This document shows, piece by piece, positions 1 through 10,621 of a DNA stretch of 41,782 bases. This DNA is from Polynucleobacter meluiroseus (GTDB lineage: Bacteria > Pseudomonadota > Gammaproteobacteria > Burkholderiales > Burkholderiaceae): contig CAMBJN010000001.1 in NCBI GenBank assembly GCA_945867755.1, forward strand, positions 1-41,782, in the 5' to 3' direction. The position numbers and the translations under genes were made by a program. The notes below the pieces were generated by a model, which did no database searches, had not been told where the DNA came from, and was given only the letters and a program-made list of their open reading frames with translations. Positions within the stretch are counted from its first letter, which is position 1, and each line of letters starts with the position of its first letter.

Positions 1-9
1 AACTCTAAA

Positions 10-387
10 CTATTTTTTCCAAACAGGGCCATTAGGTGTTTTTTCTAAATCTAAGAAAAAACAGCTGTGCTCACCTGTGTGACATGCAATTCTGTCTTTT
101 TGATCCACCTTGATCAAAATCGTATCACCATCACAATCCAAATGAATACTTTTCACCTTTTGCACGTGCCCAGATTCTTCACCCTTGTGCCAGATCTTTT
201 TTCTTGAGCGAGACCAGTAAACAGCTTCGCCTTTTTCAAGGGTCATTTGTAATGACTCGCGGTTCATCCACGCCATCATCAACACATCGCCTGTATCAAA
301 CTCTTGAGCGATCACAGCTACCAAGCCCTGCTCATTCCAAGTCACTTGGTCTAGCCAGTTATTTGATTGTGCGTTTTTATCACTCAT
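10..387 (-). CDS. hisI: Phosphoribosyl-AMP cyclohydrolase (monofunctional, not fused to HisE)
   Basis: 125 aa; YWSRSR, KGEESG, DCDGD and ACHTG..SCF motifs; follows hisF. Confidence 0.97.
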   Translation of the reverse strand: MSDKNAQSNNWLDQVTWNEQGLVAVIAQEFDTGDVLMMAWMNRESLQMTLEKGEAVYWSRSRKKIWHKGEESGHVQKVKSIHLDCDGDTILIKVDQKDRIACHTGEHSCFFLDLEKTPNGPVWKK

Positions 388-415
388 GTAAATTCCAAAT
401 CGATTGGGTTGGGTG

Positions 416-1174
416 CTACAAGCGCACCGGTATACCTTGCTCAGCCATCAACTGCTTGGCTTGACCTACAGTGTATTCACCAAAGTGAAAAATACTAGCG
501 GCCAGTACAGCATCAGCATGGCCTTTGGTAATGCCATCTGCCAAGTGCTGCAAATTACCCACACCACCTGATGCAATCACTGGCACAGCAACACCATCAC
601 TCACTGCCTTGGTCAGCTCTAAATCAAATCCATTTTTTGTGCCATCACGGTCCATGCTGGTCAACAAGATTTCTCCAGCGCCACGCTTGGCCACTTCTTG
701 CGCCCAAGCAATAGCATTGATACCGGTATTTTTACGACCACCATGCGTGAATACTTCCCATACTCCTGGCGAAGTTTGTTTGGCGTCGATCGCCACCACA
801 ATACATTGCGAACCATACTTAGCAGCAGAATCAGAAACCAAATCTGGGTTGGCCACGGCGGCAGAGTTCATCCCCACCTTATCAGCACCAGCATTAAGTA
901 AGCGACGCACATCGGCCACAGCGCGAACACCACCACCTACTGTCAGTGGAATAAATACCTGTGAAGCCACATCTTCAATGATGTGCAAAATCAAATCGCG
1001 CTCATCAGATGTAGCGGTGATATCTAAAAAAGTAATTTCATCAGCACCCTGATCGTCATAACGCTTGGCAATTTCAACAGGGTCACCAGCATCGCGCAAC
1101 TCAACAAAATTCACGCCCTTCACCACCCGTCCTGCGGTGACATCTAAACAAGGGATGATTCTTTTTGAAAGCAT
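416..1174 (-). CDS. hisF: Imidazole glycerol phosphate synthase cyclase subunit
   Basis: [31 protein letters not shown] motifs. Confidence 0.98.
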   Translation of the reverse strand: MLSKRIIPCLDVTAGRVVKGVNFVELRDAGDPVEIAKRYDDQGADEITFLDITATSDERDLILHIIEDVASQVFIPLTVGGGVRAVADVRRLLNAGADKVGMNSAAVANPDLVSDSAAKYGSQCIVVAIDAKQTSPGVWEVFTHGGRKNTGINAIAWAQEVAKRGAGEILLTSMDRDGTKNGFDLELTKAVSDGVAVPVIASGGVGNLQHLADGITKGHADAVLAASIFHFGEYTVGQAKQLMAEQGIPVRL

Positions 1175-1192
1175 GAATGTTTTTATTACTTT

Positions 1193-1216
1193 TTTATTTG
1201 TTTATTTGTTTATTTG
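1193..1216. repeat. Short tandem repeat (TTTATTTG)x3 in the hisA-hisF spacer
   Basis: Exact 8-mer copies at 1193, 1201 and 1209. Confidence 0.8.
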
Positions 1217-1257
1217 ATAACTGATGCTGTTATTGATGGTTTTATTAATTGGTAACT

Positions 1258-1995
1258 TTATTTTTTACTGTCGGCATACTTCTGAGCCTTGGCCAAATTA
1301 AGATCACCGGTATAAATTGCACGACCCGCGATCACGCCCATCACACCTTCAGGCTCAGCAGCGCACAAAGCATCGATGTCTTTCATATTGGTCAAGCCGC
1401 CGCTGGCAATGATCGGAATGTTCACAGCTTCGGCTAATTTCACCGTAGCATCCATATTGATACCTTGCAACATGCCATCACGGCCAATGTCGGTATACAC
1501 AATTGCTTCAACACCATAGTCTTCGTATTTTTTTGCCAAATCAATCACTTCATGGCCGGTGAGCTTGCTCCAACCATCCGTGGCCACTTTGCCATCTTTG
1601 GCATCTAAACCAACAATGATGTGTCCGGGGAAAGCAACGCATGCGTCTTGTAAAAATCCTGGGCTCTTCACCGCAGCCGTACCAATGATTACGTAGCTGA
1701 TGCCGTCATCCAACAAACGCTCAATGGTTTCAAGATCACGAATGCCGCCACCCAACTGAACGGGAATATCGTCACCAACAGCTTTTAAAATTGATTTGAT
1801 GGCCGACTCATTTTTAGGTTTGCCAGCAAACGCGCCATCCAAGTCAACCAAGTGCAAACGACGCGCACCCTGATCAACCCAGTGCTTTGCCATGGCGCCC
1901 GGATCTTCCGAGAAAGTCGTGACTTTATCCATATCACCTTGTTCCAAACGAACACAGTGGCCTTGTTTAAGATCAATTGCAGGTATTAACAACAT
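1258..1995 (-). CDS. hisA: ProFAR isomerase
   Basis: [34 protein letters not shown] motifs. Confidence 0.98.
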   Translation of the reverse strand: MLLIPAIDLKQGHCVRLEQGDMDKVTTFSEDPGAMAKHWVDQGARRLHLVDLDGAFAGKPKNESAIKSILKAVGDDIPVQLGGGIRDLETIERLLDDGISYVIIGTAAVKSPGFLQDACVAFPGHIIVGLDAKDGKVATDGWSKLTGHEVIDLAKKYEDYGVEAIVYTDIGRDGMLQGINMDATVKLAEAVNIPIIASGGLTNMKDIDALCAAEPEGVMGVIAGRAIYTGDLNLAKAQKYADSKK

Positions 1996-2018
1996 GATAG
2001 GTATTTAATAAATAATGT

Positions 2019-2696
2019 TTAAGGTTGCCAACGAGTGAAATTCTGATACAAACGCAAACCTAAGTGTGCGCTTTTTTCTGGATGAAACTGTGTTGCAAAA
2101 ATATTATCTTTTGCCACGGCACATGTAAATAAAGAACCATAGTCCGTGACACCCACAGTATGAGCTGAATTAGCCGGAACTGCATAGTAGCTGTGCACAA
2201 AATAAAACGAGGCATTATCTGGAATGCCCTCCCATAGTGCATGAGCTTGCGTTTGTTGAACTTGATTCCAGCCCATGTGTGGTACTTTGAAATGAGAGCC
2301 ATCGGCCTGATTCTTTCCTGCCAAATCAAAACGAATCACCTTGCCCGGCAGTAAACCCAAACCAGGCGTGACCTTTGTTCCGGCGGGCGCGTCAAAACGA
2401 ACTTCGGCACTGCTCTCAAACAACATTTGCTCGCCCACACAAACACCCAACATGGGTTTGGTGCGACTCGCTTCTAAAACGGCGTCCAATAAACCAGATT
2501 CTTGTAAATGCGTCATGCAATCAGGCATGGCACCTTGCCCTGGTAAAACCACCTTATCAGCCGCTTTGATTTCTGCCACTTTTGAAGAAATCGTCACTTT
2601 TGCTTCAGGGGCTGCATGCATCAATGCTTGAGCAACAGAACGCAAATTACCCATTCCGTAATCAACAATGGCAATGCTCGGTGAATTTTTAGACAA
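2019..2696 (-). CDS. hisH: Imidazole glycerol phosphate synthase glutamine amidotransferase subunit
   Basis: [15 protein letters not shown] nucleophile, FVHSY, QFHPEKS; TTG start. Confidence 0.97.
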   Translation of the reverse strand: MSKNSPSIAIVDYGMGNLRSVAQALMHAAPEAKVTISSKVAEIKAADKVVLPGQGAMPDCMTHLQESGLLDAVLEASRTKPMLGVCVGEQMLFESSAEVRFDAPAGTKVTPGLGLLPGKVIRFDLAGKNQADGSHFKVPHMGWNQVQQTQAHALWEGIPDNASFYFVHSYYAVPANSAHTVGVTDYGSLFTCAVAKDNIFATQFHPEKSAHLGLRLYQNFTRWQP

Positions 2697-2755
2697 GGTC
2701 TGAACCTAATAACTGAAAGGTGGGTAAATGAGTTCTAGCAAATTTTGCCGAGTAT

Positions 2756-3343
2756 TTACAAGCTACCTTTTGTAGAAGGAACCACACCACTGGCGCGAGG
2801 ATCTAATTCCAAAGCCATGCGCAAAGCACGGCCAAAGGCCTTGAACACCGTTTCAATTTGATGGTGCGCATTGATGCCACGAATATTATCGATGTGCAGG
2901 GTCACTCCCGCGTGGTTCACGAACCCGCGGAAAAACTCAATCGTTAAATCAACATCAAAGTCACCCACACGTGCACGCGTGAACGGCACATGGAATTCCA
3001 AACCTGGGCGACCTGAAAAATCAATCACCACGCGTGACAAGGTTTCATCCAAAGGCACATAAGAATGGCCATAACGGGTGATGCCTTTTTTGTCGCCCAC
3101 TGCCTTGGCAATTGCCTGACCCAAAGTGATGCCCACATCTTCAACTGTGTGGTGATCATCAATGTGTGTATCGCCTTTGGCTGTAACAGCCAAATCAATC
3201 ATGCCGTGTCGAGCAATTTGATCCAACATGTGATCGAGGAATGGAACCCCAGAATTGAGTTGAGCTTTACCCGTTCCATCCAGATTGAGAACAACCTGAA
3301 TTTGGGTTTCTGAGGTGTTTCGAATGACATCTACGTTACGCAT
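2756..3343 (-). CDS. hisB: Imidazoleglycerol-phosphate dehydratase
   Basis: [26 protein letters not shown] motifs. Confidence 0.98.
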   Translation of the reverse strand: MRNVDVIRNTSETQIQVVLNLDGTGKAQLNSGVPFLDHMLDQIARHGMIDLAVTAKGDTHIDDHHTVEDVGITLGQAIAKAVGDKKGITRYGHSYVPLDETLSRVVIDFSGRPGLEFHVPFTRARVGDFDVDLTIEFFRGFVNHAGVTLHIDNIRGINAHHQIETVFKAFGRALRMALELDPRASGVVPSTKGSL

Positions 3344-3349
3344 TCCGTC

Positions 3350-3358
3350 ATAATATCA
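3350..3358 (-). promoter_or_regulatory. Extended -10 (TGaTATTAT) 6 nt upstream of the hisB ATG; probable leaderless promoter
   Basis: Minus strand reads TG-A-TATTAT-GACGGA-ATG; no properly spaced SD. Confidence 0.55.
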
Positions 3359-3478
3359 CCGTCCCCCTGAAATTCCACCCCGTGGTAATCTTCTGAAGGT
3401 GCTGATTCTGAACGAAATTAGCTAAAAATCATTGAAATAACCATATAAATTACTGAATTAATAAGGCAAGACAAGAAG

Positions 3479-4546
3479 ATGAGCCGTTTTTGGAGCAAAA
3501 CTGTTAAAGAGTTAACGCCCTATGTTCCGGGCGAACAACCCAAATTAAGCCAGCTCATCAAGCTCAATACCAATGAGAGTCCTTATGGGCCGTCGCCCAA
3601 AGCGTTGGCCGCCATTGCTGCAGCCAATACCGAGGCCCTGCGTCTTTACCCGGATCCCAATTCAGATGCCTTAAAGCAAAGCATCGCCAAACTTCATGGC
3701 CTAACACCCAATCAAGTATTTGTCGGTAATGGTTCAGATGAAGTCTTGGCTCATGCGTTTTTAGGTTTACTCAAACACGAGCACCCCATTCTGTTTCCAG
3801 ACATCACCTACAGTTTTTATCCGGTCTACTGCAAACTCTATGGTATTTCTTTTGAGAACATCCCCCTAAGTGATGACTTTTCAATTTCAGTCGATGACTA
3901 TTTAAAGAAAAACAATGGCCGCAACGGGGGAATCATTTTCCCAAACCCTAACGCACCTACAGGCAAGGCTTTACCTTTAAAAGATATTGAAAAACTTCTT
4001 GAATCAAATCAAGGCAGCGTTGTGGTGATTGATGAAGCTTATGTTGCTTTTGGCACAGCATCAGCCGTCTCTTTGATCAAGCGGTATAACAATCTCTTGG
4101 TCACACACACCTTATCAAAGTCTTATGCTTTGGCCGGCTTGCGCGTTGGCTATGCCGTTGGCCACCCTGATTTGATTGAAGCGTTAGAGCGAGTTAAAAA
4201 CAGTTTTAACTCTTACCCGATTGATAAGCTAGCCATGGCCGGCGCCATGGCTGCTATTGAAGATCAAGATTACTTGAACAAGATCAGTCAAGCAGTCATC
4301 AACACTCGCGAGAGTTTGGTGCAAACATTAAAAACTTTGGGTTTTGAAATAATTCCATCTTTGGCTAATTTTATTTTCACGAAATATCCGAAACACAATG
4401 CGGCGCAATTGGCTGCGGCACTCCGCGAAAAGCATATCATCGTGCGTCACTTTAAATTGCCAAGGATTGATCAGTATCTTCGCATCACCATTGGCACTGA
4501 CGAGCAATGCGCTGCCCTGGTGAAAGCGATCAAAGAGATTCTTTAA
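3479..4546 (+). CDS. hisC: Histidinol-phosphate aminotransferase (inverted relative to the other his genes)
   Basis: [51 protein letters not shown]-lysine motif. Confidence 0.95.
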   Translation: MSRFWSKTVKELTPYVPGEQPKLSQLIKLNTNESPYGPSPKALAAIAAANTEALRLYPDPNSDALKQSIAKLHGLTPNQVFVGNGSDEVLAHAFLGLLKHEHPILFPDITYSFYPVYCKLYGISFENIPLSDDFSISVDDYLKKNNGRNGGIIFPNPNAPTGKALPLKDIEKLLESNQGSVVVIDEAYVAFGTASAVSLIKRYNNLLVTHTLSKSYALAGLRVGYAVGHPDLIEALERVKNSFNSYPIDKLAMAGAMAAIEDQDYLNKISQAVINTRESLVQTLKTLGFEIIPSLANFIFTKYPKHNAAQLAAALREKHIIVRHFKLPRIDQYLRITIGTDEQCAALVKAIKEIL

Positions 4547-4573
4547 AGTCTGTGTGAAGACAAAGCTTTTGAA

Positions 4574-4747
4574 TCATTGAAAAGACGGCAGAAAACAATC
4601 TAAAAACATCATCACGGTGGCAATGCCAATCACAATCGCACCAACCTTGTTGATCAACCGATGCTCAAGATGAGTCATCTCAAAGCGAAACTCTTGCATC
4701 ATTTCTTTCAAATCACTTCTAGTAACAAATGTTGCATCGGCATCCAT
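4574..4747 (-). CDS. Small 57-aa DUF1640/CCDC90-like membrane-anchored coiled-coil protein (not in ORF track)
   Basis: Manual translation MDADATFVTRSDLKEMMQEFRFEMTHLEHRLINKVGAIVIGIATVMMFLDCFLPSFQ; resembles the neck-stalk-anchor part of the upstream gene; ATG directly follows its TAA. Confidence 0.65.
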   Translation of the reverse strand: MDADATFVTRSDLKEMMQEFRFEMTHLEHRLINKVGAIVIGIATVMMFLDCFLPSFQ

Positions 4748-5137
4748 TTATGCAATACCTCTTGTAAAAAATGCCACTGCACTAATACCCACTGACATGC
4801 ATGCGACCATCAGACCTCCCAGACGATTGAATAGTTTGCTAGTTAACACATCTGCCATGCAGTTAATTTTGTCTTCTAAATGGGAAACCTTACCGTCCAA
4901 GTGTTTAAATTTCACATCAAGAAGATCAATTTTCTTATCTAGATGATCAAACTTTTGATCAATTTTTTCATTCAGTTGATCTCTGACTTCGTACAACTCT
5001 TTCTTAGTCGCAAAGTCATGTGTGGCATTTAAATTCATGCCCACACCTTCGGCGATGACCTCTGCTTGAGATTGACTGAATCCAACCGCTTGTAATTCTT
5101 TTGAGTATTGAAGGGTGCTGAATAATGTCATGCTCAT
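4748..5137 (-). CDS. DUF1640/CCDC90-family coiled-coil protein with C-terminal membrane anchor
   Basis: Head FSTL.YSKELQAVGFSQSQAEVI, neck FATKKEL, heptad stalk with KID/LD repeats, hydrophobic C-terminus; strong SD AAGAGGAG. Confidence 0.8.
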   Translation of the reverse strand: MSMTLFSTLQYSKELQAVGFSQSQAEVIAEGVGMNLNATHDFATKKELYEVRDQLNEKIDQKFDHLDKKIDLLDVKFKHLDGKVSHLEDKINCMADVLTSKLFNRLGGLMVACMSVGISAVAFFTRGIA

Positions 5138-5194
5138 ACTATCTCCTCTTAAAACAGAATTTTATAGTTTTTATAAGCAAGAAATCAAATCGAC

Positions 5195-5231
5195 AAAAGT
5201 AATGGCACACAAACTGTGTACCATTACTTTT
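5195..5231 (-). terminator. Intrinsic terminator downstream of hisD
   Basis: Minus strand AAAAGTAATGGTACACA-GTT-TGTGTGCCATTACTTTT, 17-bp stem with one G-U pair, ending in a U run. Confidence 0.8.
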
Positions 5232-5260
5232 AATACTTTTTATTGGATTTACTATTAGAT

Positions 5261-6586
5261 TTACTTCTTGAGTCTTAGCTCTGCAGCTCTTGCGTGCGCT
5301 TGCAAACCTTCGCCGTGCGCCAAAGTGCTGGCGATTTGGCCTAACTTCTGCGCGCCCACTTCACTAACTTCGATCATGCTTGAACGCTTGATGAAATCAT
5401 AAACACCCAAAGGAGATGAAAAACGCGAAGTTCTCATCGTTGGTAAAACGTGATTCGGGCCTGCGCAATAATCACCCAAAGATTCGCTGGTGTATGGGCC
5501 CATGAAAATTGCGCCCGCATGACGAATCAACTCTGCCCATTGGCGAGGATTGTCCGCGCAAATTTCTAAATGTTCAGCTGCAATTGAATTAGCAATCTCA
5601 CAGGCCTCATGCATATCTTTGACCAAAATCATCGCACCACGATCTTGTAATGACTTTTTAATTACAGCCTGCCTTAGCATCTCTGGCAAAAACTTCAAGA
5701 TGCTCGCTTGTACTTGATCAATGAATGCTTGACTTGGGCACAACAGAATTGATTGCGCCAATTCATCATGCTCAGCTTGCGAGAACAAATCCATCGCAAT
5801 CCAATCTGGATTGGTATTGCCATCACACAAAACCAAGATTTCAGAAGGTCCGGCAATCATGTCGATACCCACAGTACCGAATACGCGACGCTTAGCAGCA
5901 GCCACATAAGCATTACCAGGACCCACAATCTTATCAACCGCTGGAATTGTTTCAGTACCGTAAGCCAATGCACCCACTGCTTGAGCACCACCAATCGTGA
6001 ACGCTCGGTCCACACCAGCAACTGCGGCTGCAGCTAAAACCAGTGGATTGCGCACGCCATCTGGAGTTGGCACGACCATGATGACTTCACTCACGCCTGC
6101 CACTTTTGCAGGAATGGCGTTCATCAACACAGATGATGGATAAGCAGCCTTACCGCCAGGAACATACAAACCTGCGCGATCCAAAGGTGTTACTTTTTGA
6201 CCCAAACGAGTCCCGTCTTCATCAGCGTAGTCCCAGCTATGACAACCTGATTCAATCTTTTGACGCTCGTGATAACTTTTGACTCTGGCAGCCGCTACCT
6301 CTAAAGCCATCCTTTGATCTTTTGGCAAAGATTCAAGCGCTGCCAACAATTCTGCTTTTGTAATTTCTAATGCTTTGATTGAAGAGGCTTGCTCTTTAGG
6401 CAAACGATCAAATTGTTGTGTGTATTCCAAAACAGCTTGGTCACCACGCTTTTTGACATCAGCCAAAATTTTTGCTGCTGTCAAATCAATTGCTGCATCA
6501 TCTGCCGCATCAAAAGCCAATAGCTTTTTGAGTGCTGAAGAAAAATCAGCGTCTTGACTATTGAGTTGGCGAACAAGCTTGGTCAT
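5261..6586 (-). CDS. hisD: Histidinol dehydrogenase
   Basis: [37 protein letters not shown]; start moved to ATG 6586 (MTKLV) to avoid overlap with hisG. Confidence 0.97.
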   Translation of the reverse strand: MTKLVRQLNSQDADFSSALKKLLAFDAADDAAIDLTAAKILADVKKRGDQAVLEYTQQFDRLPKEQASSIKALEITKAELLAALESLPKDQRMALEVAAARVKSYHERQKIESGCHSWDYADEDGTRLGQKVTPLDRAGLYVPGGKAAYPSSVLMNAIPAKVAGVSEVIMVVPTPDGVRNPLVLAAAAVAGVDRAFTIGGAQAVGALAYGTETIPAVDKIVGPGNAYVAAAKRRVFGTVGIDMIAGPSEILVLCDGNTNPDWIAMDLFSQAEHDELAQSILLCPSQAFIDQVQASILKFLPEMLRQAVIKKSLQDRGAMILVKDMHEACEIANSIAAEHLEICADNPRQWAELIRHAGAIFMGPYTSESLGDYCAGPNHVLPTMRTSRFSSPLGVYDFIKRSSMIEVSEVGAQKLGQIASTLAHGEGLQAHARAAELRLKK

Positions 6587-6596
6587 GATCAGAGCA

Positions 6597-7235
6597 TTAC
6601 ACTTTTGAAAAAGCATCTAGTAAAGGCTGCAAATCAGCACGACGTCTTTTGTAAGCCGCCTGATTAACCACCAACCGAGAGCTGATCTGGCTGATCACTT
6701 CAACTTCTTTCAATTGATTTGCTTTCAAGGTATTGCCGGTAGACACCAAATCCACAATCGCATCAGCCAACCCCACCAGCGGGCCCAACTCCATCGAACC
6801 ATATAACTTGATCAAATCTACGTGAACGCCTTTATTGGCAAAGTGTTCGCGCGCCTGCTCGACATACTTTGTCACAACTCGCAAACGCGCACCTTGACGC
6901 ACCGCGTTCGCATAATCAAATCCTTCACGAACAGCGACTGACATACGGCACTTGGCAATACCCAAATCAATTGGCGCATACAAACCATCCATGCCATGCT
7001 CTGCCAATACATCATAACCAGCCACCCCTAAATCAGCAGCACCGTATTGCACATACGTTGGCACATCGGAGGCTCTGACGATGATCACGCGCAAATTAGG
7101 ATTGGACGTTGACAGAATTAGTTTGCGTGAAGTTTCAGGATCTTCAGACACAGTGATACCCGCCTTTGCTAGCATCGGCAAAGTTTCATCAAAGATACGG
7201 CCCTTGGATAAGGCCAATGTAATCATTTTGGACAT
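6597..7235 (-). CDS. hisG: ATP phosphoribosyltransferase, short form (HisZ-dependent)
   Basis: [29 protein letters not shown]; 212 aa with no C-terminal regulatory domain. Confidence 0.97.
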   Translation of the reverse strand: MSKMITLALSKGRIFDETLPMLAKAGITVSEDPETSRKLILSTSNPNLRVIIVRASDVPTYVQYGAADLGVAGYDVLAEHGMDGLYAPIDLGIAKCRMSVAVREGFDYANAVRQGARLRVVTKYVEQAREHFANKGVHVDLIKLYGSMELGPLVGLADAIVDLVSTGNTLKANQLKEVEVISQISSRLVVNQAAYKRRRADLQPLLDAFSKV

Positions 7236-7242
7236 GACTCTA

Positions 7243-8526
7243 TTATTTCACGCGAACGATGTTAGCGCCAACTGCGGCTAATTTTTTCTCCATGCGGTCA
7301 TATCCGCGGTCCAAATGGTAGATGCGGTCGACAACCGTTTCGCCCTGAGCGGCCAAGCCCGCAATCACCAAACTGGCAGATGCCCGTAAATCTGTGGCCA
7401 TCACAATGGCTCCAGACAGGCTCTGTACACCCTCGGTCGTGGCAGTATTGCCCTCAATCACAATATTGGCACCCAAGCGGTTCAGCTCTTGTACGTGCAT
7501 GAAGCGATTTTCAAAGATGGTTTCCATGACCCGTGACGTGCCAGTCGCAATGGCATTCATGGCCATGAACTGGGCTTGCATATCTGTTGGGAAAGCTGGA
7601 TATTCAGAAGTCTTAAAGCTCACCGCCTTGGGGCGTTGATTCATCGTGACATGGATCCAATCAGTACCCAATTCAATCTTCAAACCAGCTTCGCGCAATT
7701 TTTCAATCACCACATCCAAAGTATCTGGTCGGGAATTTTTGATCATCAAATCAGCACCTAACTCACCCATGGCACCTGCCACACACATGAATGTGCCGGT
7801 TTCAATACGATCAGGAATGATGCTGTGCTCAGCGCCATGCAAAGCTTTAACTCCCCTGATGATCAAACGATCGGTGCCAAGGCCCTGGATATTTGCACCC
7901 ATCTTGATCAGCAATTCTGCTAAATCAGTCACCTCTGGTTCACGGGCAGCATTTTCTAAAACTGTTTCACCTTCAGCTAAAACCGCTGCCATCATCAAAT
8001 TTTCTGTACCAGTCACCGTGATCATGTCAGTCAAAATTTTTGCGCCCACCAAAGCATTTGGATTTTTACCAAACTTCGCTTCAATGTAACCATGCTCAAT
8101 ATGAATGTCTGCGCCCATGGCTTTTAAACCTTTGATGTGCTGATCCACTGGGCGCGCACCAATCGCACAACCGCCCGGCAAAGACACTTTGGCGTGACCA
8201 AAACGCGCCAACAGTGGGCCCAACACCAAAATAGATGCGCGCATGGTTTTCACCAAGTCATACGAAGCTTCTGGCGTATGAATATCAGAGCCATCCAAAA
8301 TAACCACTGAACGATCATCCGGGTTAGGGAATGTGATCTTCAAACCCATCTGCGCCAAAATTTTTAGAATCGTGCGCACATCCTGTAAATCAGGCAGATT
8401 TCTCAAGGTAATGGGCTCAGCACTTAAAAGACCTGCACATAAAATCGGCAGGGCTGCATTTTTCGCACCAGTGATGGTGATCTCACCCTTTAAAGGAATG
8501 CCGCCTTGTATTGATAACTTATCCAC
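7243..8526 (-). CDS. murA: UDP-N-acetylglucosamine 1-carboxyvinyltransferase
   Basis: [18 protein letters not shown] (catalytic Cys), [12 protein letters not shown]. Confidence 0.98.
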   Translation of the reverse strand: MDKLSIQGGIPLKGEITITGAKNAALPILCAGLLSAEPITLRNLPDLQDVRTILKILAQMGLKITFPNPDDRSVVILDGSDIHTPEASYDLVKTMRASILVLGPLLARFGHAKVSLPGGCAIGARPVDQHIKGLKAMGADIHIEHGYIEAKFGKNPNALVGAKILTDMITVTGTENLMMAAVLAEGETVLENAAREPEVTDLAELLIKMGANIQGLGTDRLIIRGVKALHGAEHSIIPDRIETGTFMCVAGAMGELGADLMIKNSRPDTLDVVIEKLREAGLKIELGTDWIHVTMNQRPKAVSFKTSEYPAFPTDMQAQFMAMNAIATGTSRVMETIFENRFMHVQELNRLGANIVIEGNTATTEGVQSLSGAIVMATDLRASASLVIAGLAAQGETVVDRIYHLDRGYDRMEKKLAAVGANIVRVK

Positions 8527-8544
8527 GTCTTTATAACCTTTTAA

Positions 8545-8787
8545 TTATTTTCCAGCCGCATGCTCTTCTGGAGTCAATGCCTTGAATGATAGGGCATGAA
8601 TTTCAGATTTCATTCGATCGCCTAAAGCTGTATAGACTTTTTGATGGCGTTGGACTAAACGCAAACCTTCAAAGTCAGCACTCACAATCGTAGCAAAGAA
8701 ATGCTGGCCATCGCCCTCAACTTCAAGATGAAGACAATTGATGCCATTGGCAATATAGGTTTTGACTTGTTCGGGTGTTGGCAACAC
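8545..8787 (-). CDS. BolA/IbaG (YrbA) family protein
   Basis: GDGQHF, FEG.RLVQRHQ.VY, IHALS motifs; usual position upstream of murA. Confidence 0.92.
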   Translation of the reverse strand: MLPTPEQVKTYIANGINCLHLEVEGDGQHFFATIVSADFEGLRLVQRHQKVYTALGDRMKSEIHALSFKALTPEEHAAGK

Positions 8788-8814
8788 AGGAATATCTCCT
8801 TTAAATAACAGCCA

Positions 8815-9603
8815 TCAATGTCTTAATTTATAACCGATTGATAAGAGTTTGAGGGTTAAAGCCGCCACCCCCAAAAAGAAAACACTGATGATTACCAAAC
8901 TGAACCATGGTGACACATCAGAAACACCAAAAAATCCATATCTAAAACCATCAATCATGTAGAAGAATGGATTGAAATGCGAAATGGTTTGCCAAATCGG
9001 TGGCAAGCTGTGAATCGAATAAAAAACTCCCGATAACATCGTAGCGGGCATGATGAAAAAATTCTGGAATGCTGCCAACTGATCAAACTTCTCAGCCCAA
9101 ATGCCTGCGATCAATCCCAGCGCCGCCAACAATGCTGCGCTCAGCAAGCCAAACACCAAAATCCATAAAGGTTGATAAAAGCTGATGTCAGTGAACCAAC
9201 ATGTTGCTAAAAATACCCCGGCGCCCACTGCTATACCCCTGACCATCGCAGCCAAGACATAAGCGGAGAAGAACTCAAAATGCGACAGCGGTGCCAGTAA
9301 AACAAAAATCAAATTGCCCGTGATTTTTGACTGAATCAAAGATGAAGAGGTGTTAGCGAAAGAATTTTGTAACAAACTCATCATCACCAAACCGGGAATC
9401 AAAAATGCGGTGTAGCTAATCGCGTCATAAACTTTGACATGGTCTTCCAAGACGTGACCAAAAATCATCAGATACAAGATGGCCGTTAAAACTGGTGCCG
9501 CCACCGTCTGAAAACTTACTCGCCAAAATCTTTTGACTTCTTTATAGAATAGCGCATAAAAACCACTGCTTGATTCAAGGGTGTCCATATTCAACTGATT
9601 CAA
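8815..9603 (-). CDS. ABC-2 type transporter permease (YadH-like)
   Basis: Multiple TM segments, KEVKRFWRV..QT, NPFFYMIDGFRYGF. Confidence 0.92.
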   Translation of the reverse strand: MNQLNMDTLESSSGFYALFYKEVKRFWRVSFQTVAAPVLTAILYLMIFGHVLEDHVKVYDAISYTAFLIPGLVMMSLLQNSFANTSSSLIQSKITGNLIFVLLAPLSHFEFFSAYVLAAMVRGIAVGAGVFLATCWFTDISFYQPLWILVFGLLSAALLAALGLIAGIWAEKFDQLAAFQNFFIMPATMLSGVFYSIHSLPPIWQTISHFNPFFYMIDGFRYGFFGVSDVSPWFSLVIISVFFLGVAALTLKLLSIGYKLRH

Positions 9604-10343
9604 GAGGCACTCTCCTCTTGCATGATTTGCATGAAGACATCTTCTAAGTCGCCATCTTTGGCATTTGGATTTTTAACCCTTGCTAATAAATTCGCAGTGG
9701 TGTCTAAAGCCACGATTTGACCTTTTTTCAGCATCGCGATCCGATTACACAATTGCTCTGCCTCTTCAAGGTAATGAGTGGTCAGCACAATCGTATGGCC
9801 TTCTTGATTTAAGCGACTGATGAATTTCCAAAGAGATTGGCGCAATTCAACATCAACGCCTGCTGTTGGCTCATCCAAAACAATCACGGGCGGGCGATGA
9901 ACCAGGGCTTGAGCGACTAATACACGTCGCTTCATGCCGCCAGAAAGGGCTCGCATATTCTTATCGGCTTTGTCGGTGAGGCCCAAGTGATGCATGATTT
10001 CATCGATCCACGCATCGTTATTATTAATGCCAAAATAACCTGACTGAAATTCCAAGGTTTCACGAACATTAAAAAAGGGATCAAAAACCAATTCTTGAGG
10101 AACTACCCCTAACAAACGTCTGGCCGCTCGAAAGTCTGATTGAACATCGTGGCCCATGACCTTGACTTGACCATGGCTTGGCTTACACAAACCAGCCAAG
10201 ATTGAAATGAGAGTTGTCTTACCAGCACCATTAGGGCCTAATAATCCAAAAAACTCACCCTTTTTAATACTTAAATTAATGTCATCAAGTGCTAGTAAAG
10301 GGCCGTAATTTTTACTGAGGTTTTTAAATTCAATTGCGCTCAT
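9600..10343 (-). CDS. ABC transporter ATP-binding protein (YadG-like, short)
   Basis: GPNGAGKTT, LSGGMKRR, LDEPTAGVD, TTHYLEEA. Confidence 0.93.
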   Translation of the reverse strand: MSAIEFKNLSKNYGPLLALDDINLSIKKGEFFGLLGPNGAGKTTLISILAGLCKPSHGQVKVMGHDVQSDFRAARRLLGVVPQELVFDPFFNVRETLEFQSGYFGINNNDAWIDEIMHHLGLTDKADKNMRALSGGMKRRVLVAQALVHRPPVIVLDEPTAGVDVELRQSLWKFISRLNQEGHTIVLTTHYLEEAEQLCNRIAMLKKGQIVALDTTANLLARVKNPNAKDGDLEDVFMQIMQEESAS

Positions 10344-10621
10344 GCCAGCACAACATCTGATAAACCATAAACCGTTGCTAGGCTCGCTAGTTTTTCAGGT
10401 ATGGCATTTAATTGAACGTTGACTGACTGGACTTGAGCTTGGCGCTTCATCGATAAAATAATACTCAAGGCACTAGAGTCAAAGGACTGCAAGTCCTTAC
10501 AATCAATCACCATCAAACTTCCCTGAGCCAAAGTCTTCATCATGCCAAGCCCGTTGGCCAACACGCCCTCAACATTCGCGTGATCAATCTTTGTAGGAAA
10601 TCTAAAGCTAGTAGTCGTCAT
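10340..10621 (-). CDS. mlaB: STAS-domain protein MlaB
   Basis: IDC..LQSFDSSAL STAS motif; position in mla cluster. Confidence 0.85.
   Translation of the reverse strand: MTTTSFRFPTKIDHANVEGVLANGLGMMKTLAQGSLMVIDCKDLQSFDSSALSIILSMKRQAQVQSVNVQLNAIPEKLASLATVYGLSDVVLA

Noticed and set aside
4860-4990. CRISPR-like or DNA tandem repeat within the DUF1640 gene
   Set aside because: The periodicity is a protein heptad with no exact DNA repeats or spacers; no cas genes are present.
6597-7235. HisG looks truncated
   Set aside because: It is the known short-form HisG that works with HisZ, not a pseudogene.
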